Source: Nitrospirota bacterium
GTDB taxonomy: Bacteria > Nitrospirota > Leptospirillia > Leptospirillales > Leptospirillaceae
Assembly (NCBI GenBank): GCA_021820445.1
Contig: JAKADN010000002.1
Coordinates: 18,793-82,792, forward strand
DNA: 64,000 nt
Reading direction: 5' to 3'
Part shown: piece by piece, positions 1-9,432 of the stretch
How the letters are laid out: every line of letters begins with the position of its first letter
Position numbering within the stretch: position 1 is the first letter of the stretch
Position numbers and translations under genes: made by a program
The notes under the pieces: model-generated
The model's database searches: none
What the model was told of the DNA's origin: nothing
What the model saw: only the letters and a program-made list of their open reading frames with translations

Positions 1-8
1 AGATGAGC

Positions 9-590
9 CTATTGATCATGAAGATCTCCAGAGGGGATCGATCGTGTCAGATAGACCCCTTCGCGGCCGGGGGTCATCACGACCTCGATTTTTTCGTCCA
101 TGGCCGTTGGAAGATTTTTTCCGACAAAATCCGCCCGAATGGGGAGCTCCCGGTGGCCCCTGTCCACGAGAACAGCCAGCATGATCCGTGAAGGACGACC
201 GAAGTCGATGAGAAAATCCATCGCGGCCCGGACAGTCCGTCCCGTGAAAAGGACATCGTCCACCAGGAGGATCTTCCGACCATCGACGGGAACAGGAAGG
301 TGGCTTTGCTTCAAGAAGGGAATCGGCCCCCCACGACCGGATAGATCGTCCCGGTAAAGCGTTACATCTACGGCACCGATGGGAGGTGAAACCCCCTCGA
401 AAGAGGAGATCAGCTCCCCCAGACGCTGGGCAAGAAGATTTCCCCCTTCAAGGATGCCGACAAGATAAAGATCCTTCGTCCCCTGATTTCTCTCAAGGAT
501 TTCATGGGCCATCCGTCGAAGGATGCGTTCTATGCGCGGCTGGTCAAGAAGAACTCGGACCGAAGAAGAGTGGGAGGGTTCAGGATTCAC
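9..590 (-). CDS. pyrR: Bifunctional pyrimidine operon regulator / uracil phosphoribosyltransferase PyrR
   Basis: 193-aa ORF with a GTG start. It has the PRPP-binding PRTase motif ILLVDDVLFTGRTVRAA and a PyrR-type N-terminus (ILERNQG..DLYLVGI). Confidence 0.85.
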   Translation of the reverse strand: MNPEPSHSSSVRVLLDQPRIERILRRMAHEILERNQGTKDLYLVGILEGGNLLAQRLGELISSFEGVSPPIGAVDVTLYRDDLSGRGGPIPFLKQSHLPVPVDGRKILLVDDVLFTGRTVRAAMDFLIDFGRPSRIMLAVLVDRGHRELPIRADFVGKNLPTAMDEKIEVVMTPGREGVYLTRSIPSGDLHDQ

Positions 591-652
591 CTGAAACTCG
601 CGCGGAAAGAGTGGACTCGGGGGGAAAATCGCAGACGATCTGACAGTGCATG

Positions 653-676
653 AAAAAAGCCCCTTTCCAGGCTCGC
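653..676 (-). promoter_or_regulatory. Candidate leader hairpin plus U-run upstream of pyrR (a PyrR-responsive attenuator, or the terminator of the upstream gene)
   Basis: The minus strand reads GAGCCUGGAAAGGGGCUUUUUU about 65 nt upstream of the pyrR start. The stem is short (AGCC/GGCU) and is followed by six U. It resembles the Bacillus PyrR-binding loop only loosely. Confidence 0.2.
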
Positions 677-725
677 AGACCCGGATTTAAAGGAGTTTGG
701 CTCTTCGCCCTATGGGCGGATGGGA

Positions 726-1466
726 TCAGTGAGAAGGAGAGGTCCCGATACTCGCGGAATCGGGAAGTTTCGCCCTTGCCTCCTGCTTTTCCTTGAGACC
801 GTTGACAAGACCCATCTTCTGGAAAGATGGCTTCACGAGCTTGGTCATATGGGTCGACCCATCCCCATGAACCTCGGGGTAAACGCAATAGTTGGCCAGA
901 ATCGTGGCTTGAGTGTCCTTGAAAAAATTACCGTAAAACGGTCCACCGGTCAAGATTCCCCCGGCCTTCTGAAGAAAGCCCCGAAACATGTCGATATTTC
1001 TCGGGTAGATCTTTCCGTTGTCAATATCGAAGTTCGGCTTTCCCGTCACAAGGCTTTCCTTGTCCTGCTCGACGGTCCACAGCCATTCCCGAACCCCCTG
1101 GAGGTTGGTGAAAACAGCGGCCTCCCGCGTCCAGGGATGCTGGTTGATCGGCATGAAGTAGGGATAAAGTTTTTTGAGACCATTCTCCGCAGAGAACATT
1201 CGGCGGGACCAGTCTTTCTTCCAGGCTTCATATTCAGTTACGGGAATATCATTCCTCTTCAGCATGCCATCCATCTCCAGTGCGAGCTGGCGATACTGAT
1301 CGTAGAGTCCGGTAAGACTCGCCCTTACGGGCGCTTCAGGATAATTCGGCTTTTCGTCAACGACCCATGCTCCGGCGGTACCGGGGAGAAGGAGTCCTTT
1401 CAATCCGAACCCGAGGAGCAACGAGGACAACAGAAAAAAACGAATCACTTTTTTTGAGGATAGCAC
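726..1466 (-). CDS. Secreted hypothetical protein
   Basis: 246-aa ORF with an N-terminal signal-like segment (KKVIRFFLLSSLLLGFGL..AGAW). I recognise no family. Confidence 0.55.
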   Translation of the reverse strand: MLSSKKVIRFFLLSSLLLGFGLKGLLLPGTAGAWVVDEKPNYPEAPVRASLTGLYDQYRQLALEMDGMLKRNDIPVTEYEAWKKDWSRRMFSAENGLKKLYPYFMPINQHPWTREAAVFTNLQGVREWLWTVEQDKESLVTGKPNFDIDNGKIYPRNIDMFRGFLQKAGGILTGGPFYGNFFKDTQATILANYCVYPEVHGDGSTHMTKLVKPSFQKMGLVNGLKEKQEARAKLPDSASIGTSPSH

Positions 1467-1537
1467 CTTACGCCCCCTTCTTTTTAAAGCGGATGTATCT
1501 ATTTTACCCCTTCATTGGCATGAGTGCAAAGTGAAGG

Positions 1538-2032
1538 TCAGAGGTCACGAAAAAAAGGAAGAAGGCGATCGTAGGTTTCCCTCAGGTCTTCTGGGACAAC
1601 CCGTGTTTCGTGAACCGTCGTCAAAAAATTCGTATCCCCCTCCCACCGAGGGAGAATATGGGCATGAAGATGACCGGCTATTCCGGCACCGGCAGCCTGA
1701 CCGACATTGATTCCCACATTGTAACCACCGGGGTGAAATGTCTCGCCGATGATTCGCTCGCACTCCCTGAGAAGACCCGTCATCTCGCAGAGTGTCTCGA
1801 GAGGATAGTCCGACAATGAGGGGCCATGGGCTCTCGGAACGACCATCAGATGGCCGCTGGTATAGGGAAAGGCATTCATGACGACGTAGCACTGAATCCC
1901 ACAAAACAGGACGAGTCGATCTCTGGATACACCATTTTCAGGGATTTCGCACAGGAGGCATCCTCCCCCGGGAGCCGTTCTGGACTCCCCCCGGATATAC
2001 CGCATGCGCCATGGGGCAAAGAGATGTTCCAA
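1538..2032 (-). CDS. HIT family nucleotide hydrolase/phosphorylase
   Basis: Histidine-triad motif GHLHAHILPRW and an N-terminal APWRMRYI typical of HIT/Ap4A-phosphorylase-like proteins. Confidence 0.85.
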   Translation of the reverse strand: MEHLFAPWRMRYIRGESRTAPGGGCLLCEIPENGVSRDRLVLFCGIQCYVVMNAFPYTSGHLMVVPRAHGPSLSDYPLETLCEMTGLLRECERIIGETFHPGGYNVGINVGQAAGAGIAGHLHAHILPRWEGDTNFLTTVHETRVVPEDLRETYDRLLPFFRDL

Positions 2033-2043
2033 ATTCTATCTCC

Positions 2044-2616
2044 TCAAGAGAAGGGGGCTGGCGCCGGTTGTCTTATTCCAGCATCAGGACGACTCCCGGA
2101 GAATCCTGCCATTCCCGAGAAAAAAGAGTCGCGCCAGGCGGAGGCTCCCCCTCCGGTTTGCGCGATCCAGCTCATCGACAGACGTCGTCCATCCGCATGA
2201 AAAGCAATCGTGATATGCACCACCATTGGAAAGGAGTCCCTGAGGGATCCGGAAATCTTTTCTCCCCACTCAACGATCGTGACCCGATTTTCCAACCCTT
2301 CGAACAAGGTTTCCTCGAGGTCTTCGGGGAATCCTGAGACACGGTCCCAATCGGCATGAAGAAGATCCAGCCTGGCTCCATCCTTCTTGCATTCGTATCC
2401 CTGGAGGTAGAGGAAGGTCGGACTGACGATGGTCGCCGGTATTCCAAGCCCCTGCGCCACTCCCTTGGCGAGAGAGGTCTTTCCTGCACCTGTAGGACCG
2501 GAAAGAAGAATCAAGCTCCCGGCGGGAGCGGTTCTTCCCAAAACCCGGCCGACCTCTTCTGTGCTCAGGGTTTCGGGAAGGTCCAGGGTGTCATCGAGAC
2601 TAGTCGATGAGGTCAT
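2044..2616 (-). CDS. tsaE: tRNA threonylcarbamoyladenosine biosynthesis ATPase TsaE (YjeE family), with a C-terminal extension
   Basis: P-loop LLSGPTGAGKTSLAKGVAQGLG, followed by SPTFLYLQGYE and LLHADWDRV, which match the TsaE pattern. Confidence 0.75.
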   Translation of the reverse strand: MTSSTSLDDTLDLPETLSTEEVGRVLGRTAPAGSLILLSGPTGAGKTSLAKGVAQGLGIPATIVSPTFLYLQGYECKKDGARLDLLHADWDRVSGFPEDLEETLFEGLENRVTIVEWGEKISGSLRDSFPMVVHITIAFHADGRRLSMSWIAQTGGGASAWRDSFFSGMAGFSGSRPDAGIRQPAPAPFS

Positions 2617-3070
2617 CGCCTGTCACGAGAAGGTGAACCAGATCCCCCCGCCCCACAACTCCGACAAGCCTGCCCGAATCAAGAACGGGGAGAATGTCCA
2701 CATCCTCTCGTTCGAAGAGGGAGACCGCTTCCCGTATCGGGGTGTCGGGTGTGACCGTCGGAGCTTTCGGGTTATAAAGATCCCCCACAGACGTGGCCGA
2801 GATCCGCTCCATTTCTTTTCTGAGGGAAGATGGAAGCTCCAGGGGGATCCAGGAATCGAACAGGGTCATGACGGTGGGAATATGCAGGGGCCTTTCGTGG
2901 CGGATAAGATCATGTTCCCCGACCACACCGAGATATCTGTTCTCTTTGTCCACCACGGGCGCTCCACTTATGTGGCGGGAAATGAGTATTTCCGCCAGAT
3001 CTCTCAGTGAAGTCTCTTTCCTGACGGTAAGAACGTCCTTTACCATGATTTCCCTGACCGATTTGCCCAA
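2600..3070 (-). CDS. CBS-pair domain protein
   Basis: 156 aa with two CBS-like repeats (IMVKDVLTV...HISGAPVVD ; ...DVDILPVLDSGRLVGVVGRGDL). Confidence 0.75.
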   Translation of the reverse strand: MGKSVREIMVKDVLTVRKETSLRDLAEILISRHISGAPVVDKENRYLGVVGEHDLIRHERPLHIPTVMTLFDSWIPLELPSSLRKEMERISATSVGDLYNPKAPTVTPDTPIREAVSLFEREDVDILPVLDSGRLVGVVGRGDLVHLLVTGDDLID

Positions 3071-3110
3071 TGCACGCTCCTGATACCGGTTTCACTCATC
3101 AACGCAAGTT

Positions 3111-4346
3111 TTACGAGGTTCTAGCATCGTCCGATCCCGTTCGAAAATCAAGGGGTTTCCCCCCCTCTTTCCCACGGAGAACAATCCAGACTGAAAAAAT
3201 TCCGATTAGAACCGGTCCCGGAAGGAGGAGCTCCAAAGCCCGGGACAATCCGATCCGGGAAGCGGCGAGACCGATGACCGTCGCCGAAGGCAGATCTCCG
3301 AAAAGGTGGGCCACAAAGAGCACGCCTCCCAGGAGGGTTCCCCACATAATAGGCGGAGATTTTCTCAGCAGGGCGATCAGTACGGGAACATTGGTCCCGA
3401 ATAGACCGATGCTGGCCACGAGCAGCCCACCGAAAAGCAGGGGGCCTCCCGGAGAGAGCATAACGACCCATATCCCCGCCAAAGAGAGAACCTGGCTTCC
3501 CTGGAGAAAAAGAAAGAGTCCCCGGATGTTTTTTGGCGAGAGTCGATCACAAAGAAAGCCGGACATGAGAATTCCGACCAATCCTCCCGAAACGAGGGCC
3601 AAGCCGGTCAAACTGCTCGCCGTATTCATCGCGAGGTGTTTTTCCCGCGTCAGATAGAGGGAAATCCATACCGCCATTCCCCCCAGAACAAAAATGTTGG
3701 TCCCCTCGACGATCATGATGGAATAAAGGGAGCGGTCAGATCGAAAAAGGGCAAAAAGCTCGCGAAGACGGACAGGCGAAGCCCCCTTTGCCGGAAAGGG
3801 GAAGGCAATGACGAGGAGAAAGGCGGCGAGAAGGGCTCCCGGCAGGACGGGCAGGAGCAGGAGATGCCGGAAGGTGGTTGTCGTCGCATGAGTCGCCACA
3901 ACAAAACCTGCCGCTCCTCCAAGTGGCATTGCAGAAAGAAAGATGGCCAGCCTTCGGCCTGCCCCCCGGTCAACCCCCATGGACTGGGGGCCAACGACAA
4001 ACAAAGCCGCCTCCCCGACCCCGGTCAGCATTCTCCCCAAAAAGAGTTCAGCCGTCCCATCAGCCATCGCGCACAGCCACATGCCGGCAGAAAATACGAG
4101 AACCCCCCCCGCCAAAATGCGGCGGGGAGGGAGGCGGTCCGAGAGGTACCCCGCCAGCGGGGCCGCAACGAGATAGGACAAGGTAAAGGCCGACCCCAGA
4201 GCTCCCACAAGAGGGTCTGAAAGGCGGAATGCCGGGACGACCACAGGAAACAATGCAGAGAAGAGCTGGCGGTCAAGATAGTTCAGAAAATTTGCAAGAA
4301 AGAGGACAATGGGAACCAATGCCGGCATCGTTCGACTTCCTTGCAA
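3111..4346 (-). CDS. MFS transporter
   Basis: 411 aa with about 12 hydrophobic segments and an MFS-type loop motif (GYLSDRLPPRRIL). Confidence 0.75.
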   Translation of the reverse strand: MQGSRTMPALVPIVLFLANFLNYLDRQLFSALFPVVVPAFRLSDPLVGALGSAFTLSYLVAAPLAGYLSDRLPPRRILAGGVLVFSAGMWLCAMADGTAELFLGRMLTGVGEAALFVVGPQSMGVDRGAGRRLAIFLSAMPLGGAAGFVVATHATTTTFRHLLLLPVLPGALLAAFLLVIAFPFPAKGASPVRLRELFALFRSDRSLYSIMIVEGTNIFVLGGMAVWISLYLTREKHLAMNTASSLTGLALVSGGLVGILMSGFLCDRLSPKNIRGLFLFLQGSQVLSLAGIWVVMLSPGGPLLFGGLLVASIGLFGTNVPVLIALLRKSPPIMWGTLLGGVLFVAHLFGDLPSATVIGLAASRIGLSRALELLLPGPVLIGIFSVWIVLRGKEGGKPLDFRTGSDDARTS

Positions 4347-4366
4347 ACCTTGGAGATCAGGAGAAC

Positions 4367-4861
4367 TCAGCTGTCGGCGACAGGCTCGGTTTTTTCATGA
4401 ACGCCATGAAAAAGCTGTCGATTCTTAAGAAGGTAAATCACAATGAGGATATTCAATATGAAAACTCCAAATCTCCAAACCGAGAAATGGGAATGCATCG
4501 CATAGACTTCAACCGGGATCAGGGCGGAAATTTCGATGATCGTCATATATTCCGCCCAGCGGAATCTTCGGTGGAGACCCCAGGCCACCGTAAAGTTCAA
4601 AAGACCGTAAGCGATTCCACCGACCGAAATGATCATGAGCATATTGGGACCTACCAGTCCTGACTTTCGAAAAATCTGTCCGGTCCAGGCATTATCGACG
4701 TCAATATTTAAGTTTTGAGCCCAGTGGTAAAGGAGGTGGTTCAGGCGAACAGGGCCGAGAGAAAGTCCGCCGAGTCCGATCAGGAATGCAAACATTCCCT
4801 TCGCAACCCGCTCTAGGATGATGTATTTTAGAAAAAGGGGCGATCGAGGTGAGATAATCAT
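4367..4861 (-). CDS. DUF2127-like membrane protein
   Basis: The C-terminal pattern WGLHRRFRWAEYMTIIEISALIPVEVY...ILNILIVIYLL matches my memory of DUF2127. I chose the internal ATG at 4861 to avoid overlapping the divergent neighbour; the ORF extends to 4921. Confidence 0.55.
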   Translation of the reverse strand: MIISPRSPLFLKYIILERVAKGMFAFLIGLGGLSLGPVRLNHLLYHWAQNLNIDVDNAWTGQIFRKSGLVGPNMLMIISVGGIAYGLLNFTVAWGLHRRFRWAEYMTIIEISALIPVEVYAMHSHFSVWRFGVFILNILIVIYLLKNRQLFHGVHEKTEPVADS

Positions 4862-4889
4862 TGTGCCATTGTACCAGAGAGGAGATGTG

Positions 4890-5291
4890 ATGAATAGCCG
4901 AAAGGCTGAAGGAAGAACCATCGTCCTTGTGACGAAACTTATCCCTTACTTTTTCATTCTCACTTTCCTGGTGGCGACAAATGGACCGGTATTGGCCGCT
5001 TCTGAGGATTTTCGCGTTGTTTACCCGACCGACCTTTACGCCGGCAATCCGCTTAAAATCCATGTCGTCTTTCCCTCCGATCCTCCCTCCCATGTCTTTT
5101 ATCAGCTGGAAGTCAAAGTGGATGGGCAACCCGTCGCCATGGCGGATCTTTCGGAGGAACGCTCCACATGGATTACCGCTCCCCCCCAAAAGTCTGGTCG
5201 CCATCGATTCTCCGTCATCTGGAGAAACCCGCCCGGGGGCATGCCGATCGAAAACGGGAAAGACCTTTTCATACTCCCGAAAAAACAATAA
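4890..5291 (+). CDS. Secreted hypothetical protein
   Basis: ATG at 4890 is preceded by GAGGAG. Signal-like N-terminus (LIPYFFILTFLVATNGPVLAAS). No recognised domain. Confidence 0.5.
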   Translation: MNSRKAEGRTIVLVTKLIPYFFILTFLVATNGPVLAASEDFRVVYPTDLYAGNPLKIHVVFPSDPPSHVFYQLEVKVDGQPVAMADLSEERSTWITAPPQKSGRHRFSVIWRNPPGGMPIENGKDLFILPKKQ

Positions 5292-5348
5292 TCGTTCCAC
5301 TGACAAGAGCCCCATTTGTCCGTGACGACTTCAAATGAAAGGACGATC

Positions 5349-6005
5349 ATGAAAAAAAAATTTTCGTCTCGCTCCGAACGCCCCATGGCTCGTCATTTTT
5401 CCGTGCTCCTGCTGCTGGCCGGGACGTTCCTTCTTCCCGCCTGCACCTCCTATGGGCCGGCACCTCCCATTCTTGTCCCGGATCCGCAGCCATCGGCGAT
5501 CAAGAAGAGTTTGCCTCTTTCAATCGCAAGGATTTATGTCCTTCCGGCAAGCCTTCCCCAAAACATGGAGGATGTCGGGACCTATTTCAAGAACGACGGC
5601 TCCTACTCCCAGCTGGTTCCGGAACATCCTCTCGGCCCGTCCCTTGACTCCATTCTTCTCAGGGAGTTACGAGCCGGCGGGATCGATGCCGCCCTCTCGC
5701 AGGGTTCCCCCCCTCCGGGAAGTTCGACCCTTAGGATTGTCGTCAAGGAATTCGAGGACAAGGTCAAGGAAGGAATTATCCAGACCACGCAGGAAGGAAA
5801 GATCCGGATGGATGCCGTCATCATCCTTCATTCGGGAGATCTGACCCGAAAGATCGACCGATCCATGGAACGCCACAGTTCTCCAAAGCCGCTTCTTTCC
5901 TTTGAGCCGGCCGCTCCGTCGAAGCTCCTGGGAAGGCTTTATTCGGAGAGTATCGCCAAAGACCTCGTTCCATTTCTTAGAAAACAGATTGGAGAAACCC
6001 CTTGA
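5349..6005 (+). CDS. Hypothetical lipoprotein
   Basis: MKKKFSS... with a lipobox (LLLAGTFLLPAC). The ATG at 5349 has an AAAGGA Shine-Dalgarno sequence. The stop overlaps the next gene by 4 nt. Confidence 0.6.
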   Translation: MKKKFSSRSERPMARHFSVLLLLAGTFLLPACTSYGPAPPILVPDPQPSAIKKSLPLSIARIYVLPASLPQNMEDVGTYFKNDGSYSQLVPEHPLGPSLDSILLRELRAGGIDAALSQGSPPPGSSTLRIVVKEFEDKVKEGIIQTTQEGKIRMDAVIILHSGDLTRKIDRSMERHSSPKPLLSFEPAAPSKLLGRLYSESIAKDLVPFLRKQIGETP

Positions 6006-6349
6006 ACTCCCGTCCTCCCCTTTCCAACAGCCGAGCCCTGCTCATCACAGCAGGGGCTGCAGCGGCCTTCTTCATCCTTCTCATGATCATTCCGGGACCC
6101 CACAAAAACCGGACGAATTCTCCCTCCCCTGCCGTGGGACCGACCGGATCGACAGAAGCCCCCGCAGGCCTTTTCGCAACCCGATGCTCCCAATGCCACG
6201 GGCTTCCGGCGCTCACCCACCGGTCTCCGGAAGACTGGAGGATTCTCGTGCTGAAGATGAATCGGTACATGAAGCAGACGGGACGTCTTTCTCTGACGGA
6301 CGCCCAGGCTCAGGAGGTCACACGCTATATTGTGGAGAATCAGAAATAA
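6002..6349 (+). CDS. Membrane-anchored monohaem c-type cytochrome
   Basis: N-terminal TM helix (ALLITAGAAAAFFILLMII) and a single CxxCH (CSQCH). It is followed by ..EDWRILVLKMNRYM.., reminiscent of the quinohemoprotein amine dehydrogenase haem-binding domain. Confidence 0.6.
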   Translation: MNSRPPLSNSRALLITAGAAAAFFILLMIIPGPHKNRTNSPSPAVGPTGSTEAPAGLFATRCSQCHGLPALTHRSPEDWRILVLKMNRYMKQTGRLSLTDAQAQEVTRYIVENQK

Positions 6350-6366
6350 TCTTCCCCGGACTATTG

Positions 6367-7494
6367 TTACAAGGGGGGACGGAGTCCTCCGAACCGGAAT
6401 CCGGTGCGATCGCAGGACTCCGTCCCCTTTTTCATAAGCAGTACCTTGAAGATTCGTCCCATTTTTAAGGGATGAACGAGGATGCCGGATTGAATGATCT
6501 CCTCCGGTGACAGTCGGTTGGCGTTTGCTTCAATCCATTCGGGGAATCCCAACCCCATCAGCCAGGACATCTGGTCTGTATATCCTTCAAGGGAGTAATC
6601 CAGGGCAGAGAGGGATCGCGCAACGCGGGTAAAGTCGACAAATGCAGTCAAGTCCGACTCGCCCGGAATCCCTTCAAGAAGATTGTCCGTCACCTTGTGA
6701 TTTTTGTAAGAAAGCAGCGTTCCGCTTTTTCTCCGTCCGGAATACAACTCGTCCCTGATGTCTCCATAATCGATCCAAAGCATGAATCCGCGCTTCAGGA
6801 AACGGTCGAGGCGCGCCAACACATCCTGGAGCATCAGACACAGTTCCACTTCCTGTCCCTGCATTTCGGCATCGTTCGGACCAAACACCTCCCGAACCTC
6901 CCGTTCGACCTTTTCCGACGAGAGGGGGCCCCAAACCGGCTCGGGGCGATCTCCAGACTGGTTGACATAACACTCTTCCCAGCCCCCAATCCCGCCACGG
7001 ACCCGATGCACCGGAAGAGCGTCGAGAAACTCGTTTCCAAAAATGATTCCGCTTTCAGGTTGAACATCGTCCGCATCTTCCCCTTTTAAGACAGTCGGGA
7101 GGATCCACCGCGGCGGGTATCGCATATTGAAGCTGGCCAGTCTTTCTTTCTGACGCTCCTGTAGAATGCCTGGAAGTTCATAAAAAAAAGGGGCGATCCT
7201 GTTATACAGATCGGGTGCCGCCGACTTGAAAACCGTCAGAAGGGCAACCGCGAGCGTTCCATTGCCCGGGCCTGCTTCGATCATATAAAATGGGTCGGGA
7301 TATCCGAGGGCTCGGTCTGCCTCCATGATCTGGAGGGCCAAAAGAGAGGCAAAGGCGCTGCTTGTCTCCGGCGCCGTGAAAAAATCCCCTCCCTCGAACC
7401 CGATTCTTCCCCGAGAGGTATAATATCCCCCATCCTTTCCGCCAAGGGACTGTTTCATGTATTCACAAAATGTAATCATCCTGTTCCTTTTCAT
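6367..7494 (-). CDS. MidA/NDUFAF7-family SAM-dependent methyltransferase (DUF185)
   Basis: GDFFTAPETSSAFASLLA and EAGPGNGTLA motifs are typical of MidA-type class I methyltransferases. Confidence 0.75.
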   Translation of the reverse strand: MKRNRMITFCEYMKQSLGGKDGGYYTSRGRIGFEGGDFFTAPETSSAFASLLALQIMEADRALGYPDPFYMIEAGPGNGTLAVALLTVFKSAAPDLYNRIAPFFYELPGILQERQKERLASFNMRYPPRWILPTVLKGEDADDVQPESGIIFGNEFLDALPVHRVRGGIGGWEECYVNQSGDRPEPVWGPLSSEKVEREVREVFGPNDAEMQGQEVELCLMLQDVLARLDRFLKRGFMLWIDYGDIRDELYSGRRKSGTLLSYKNHKVTDNLLEGIPGESDLTAFVDFTRVARSLSALDYSLEGYTDQMSWLMGLGFPEWIEANANRLSPEEIIQSGILVHPLKMGRIFKVLLMKKGTESCDRTGFRFGGLRPPL

Positions 7495-7506
7495 CCGGGA
7501 TCGGCA

Positions 7507-7779
7507 ATGTTCCTTCGTTTAATTCTTCTTGTCACCATCATCGGCCTGCTGGGGAAGCTTCTTCGCCCGCTGTTCCGAACCCCGACCGGCCGGAAAATCG
7601 CTTCCCCTCTCGTCCAGGATCCGATATGTGGCCTTTACATTGAGCCACAAAACGCCGAGGAAACCCTCGAAGTCGACGGAAAAAAAATTTATTTCTGCTC
7701 TTCTTCCTGTGCACAGACGTTCCGCTCCCGACTAAAATCGGGAGAATCAATTTTGCCCCCCGGGAAAGAAAATGGGTGA
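7507..7779 (+). CDS. YHS/TRASH-domain small membrane protein
   Basis: N-terminal TM helix followed by DPICGLYIE....KIYFCSSSCAQTF (YHS pattern). Confidence 0.6.
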   Translation: MFLRLILLVTIIGLLGKLLRPLFRTPTGRKIASPLVQDPICGLYIEPQNAEETLEVDGKKIYFCSSSCAQTFRSRLKSGESILPPGKENG

Positions 7780-9076
7780 GGAGATCGCTGAGCTTTTTCG
7801 GAAGCAGATTCCGTCTTTCCTCTCACGAGTCTCTCCCGCCCCCCTTGTGGCAGAATTTTTTCGATCTCACTCCTTGCCACAGACCGATCCTCCTCCCGAA
7901 GCGCTTATCTCCCTCGGAAAGGCCTCAGGCGGCCTTACGGAAAGCCTTGCCAAGACTTTCAACATCCTTCCTTCCAAGACCCTCACAATCCTTCCCGAGG
8001 GCTATCCTTCCCCATCACCTGACTTTCCGGTTCTTTTTGGCCCCCACCCTTTCCCGGGGCAACAGAGTCTCCGGGCACTCGACGGAATAAGGGATTTTAT
8101 AGAAAAGCTTCCCCGTGAAATGGCCGTTGCGGTCGCCATCTCCGGTGGGAGCTCAAGCCTCGTGGCCGATCCTGTGTTCCCGGTATCTGTCGAAGAAAAG
8201 GCGGTCCTGACACAACGGATGATGGAGGCCGGAGCGCCGATCGAGCTGATCAACAGCCTGAGAATCCATCTATCCCGGATAAAGGGTGGTGGCCTGGCGG
8301 CCCTCCTTTACCCCCGCCCTACACGGACCTACATCTTTTCTGACATTCCAGGCGATTCGACGCCTCTTGTCGGCTCTGCACTCATGTTCCCCACACCCAG
8401 GAACGGTCCTCGCATGCTTCAGATTCTTGAAGGCTGGCTCGACAAAAACATCCCCTCCTCCATCAGGGAGGCCTTGTCCGAGACCCCTCTTACGGATTTT
8501 GCCGACAGAATCTCACCGCAAAGTTTGGATGGCGGGATCATCGCAAGTTCTGATACGCTTCTCCCTGTCGCCCTTGATGTCTTTATCGACGGGGGGCCTT
8601 GCGAGACTTTTTCTCGCCACCTCCTGACCGGAGAGCTTCGGGGAGAGGCCAGAGAGGCTGGAAAGGTCCTGGGATCCCTCATTCTTTGGAAGACGAGCAG
8701 AAGCGGCCGTGGGTCAGTCTGGCTTTGTTCGGGGGAAACGACCGTCCGTCTCGATAAAAAGACTCTCGGCCGCGGAGGACGATCCCTTGAATTGGGCCTC
8801 TCCCTTGCCCTGGCCCTTTCGTCAATTGATGCCACAGTCCTCAGCTTGGCCACCGATGGCTGGGACGGGAACTCCTCACTTGCAGGAATGATCGCAACCA
8901 CCCGGCCATTGGGCGACCCAGTTTTGGCACAGGAGGCCTATCGGGCCCTGGACTCTCATGACACCGCCCCTTTTCTGGAAGGACACGGCATGGCTGTAAG
9001 GACTGGAAAAACAGGATCCAATCTCAATGACCTGCTTGTCGTCGTCGTGCCGGGACCTGAAAAGGAGCGACTATGA
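7772..9076 (+). CDS. Glycerate 2-kinase / hydroxypyruvate reductase family protein (DUF4147 + MOFRL)
   Basis: LISLGKASGG, VAISGGSSSLV, HLSRIKGGGLAA and CSGETTVRL...GRGGRSLELGL match the MOFRL-family pattern. Confidence 0.8.
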   Translation: MGEEIAELFRKQIPSFLSRVSPAPLVAEFFRSHSLPQTDPPPEALISLGKASGGLTESLAKTFNILPSKTLTILPEGYPSPSPDFPVLFGPHPFPGQQSLRALDGIRDFIEKLPREMAVAVAISGGSSSLVADPVFPVSVEEKAVLTQRMMEAGAPIELINSLRIHLSRIKGGGLAALLYPRPTRTYIFSDIPGDSTPLVGSALMFPTPRNGPRMLQILEGWLDKNIPSSIREALSETPLTDFADRISPQSLDGGIIASSDTLLPVALDVFIDGGPCETFSRHLLTGELRGEAREAGKVLGSLILWKTSRSGRGSVWLCSGETTVRLDKKTLGRGGRSLELGLSLALALSSIDATVLSLATDGWDGNSSLAGMIATTRPLGDPVLAQEAYRALDSHDTAPFLEGHGMAVRTGKTGSNLNDLLVVVVPGPEKERL

Positions 9077-9432
9077 ATCGAATCTCCTGCCTCTTTATTT
9101 CAATCATCCTTCTCCAGGGAGCCGTGTTTTTCTCGGATTCATCCTTCGCCCAGGCAGACAGCCCACCCCCCGGCCAGGAATATCCTGTCGTCTGGTGGGC
9201 CCAAAATCATGTTCCCCAAGCGCTGGAACTCTTCAGGTTCACGACTGCGGAATCGTTGGAGGCATCCTGTAAATCCGGCCATATGGACGCTCCCTCAAAA
9301 GTCTTGAACGCCTGGCGCTCCTTTGCAAAAGGAGAAAGAAAAACGTTCTGCCGGCACTACCCGGGCCAGACGCATCATCTTCTGGGCGAGGCCCCCTACT
9401 TCATGGTCAGCCCCCCCGCGGTCCACAAATAA
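9073..9432 (+). CDS. Secreted hypothetical protein
   Basis: Signal peptide MNRISCLFISIILLQGAVFFSDSSFAQA. 4-nt overlap with the upstream gene. Confidence 0.45.
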   Translation: MNRISCLFISIILLQGAVFFSDSSFAQADSPPPGQEYPVVWWAQNHVPQALELFRFTTAESLEASCKSGHMDAPSKVLNAWRSFAKGERKTFCRHYPGQTHHLLGEAPYFMVSPPAVHK

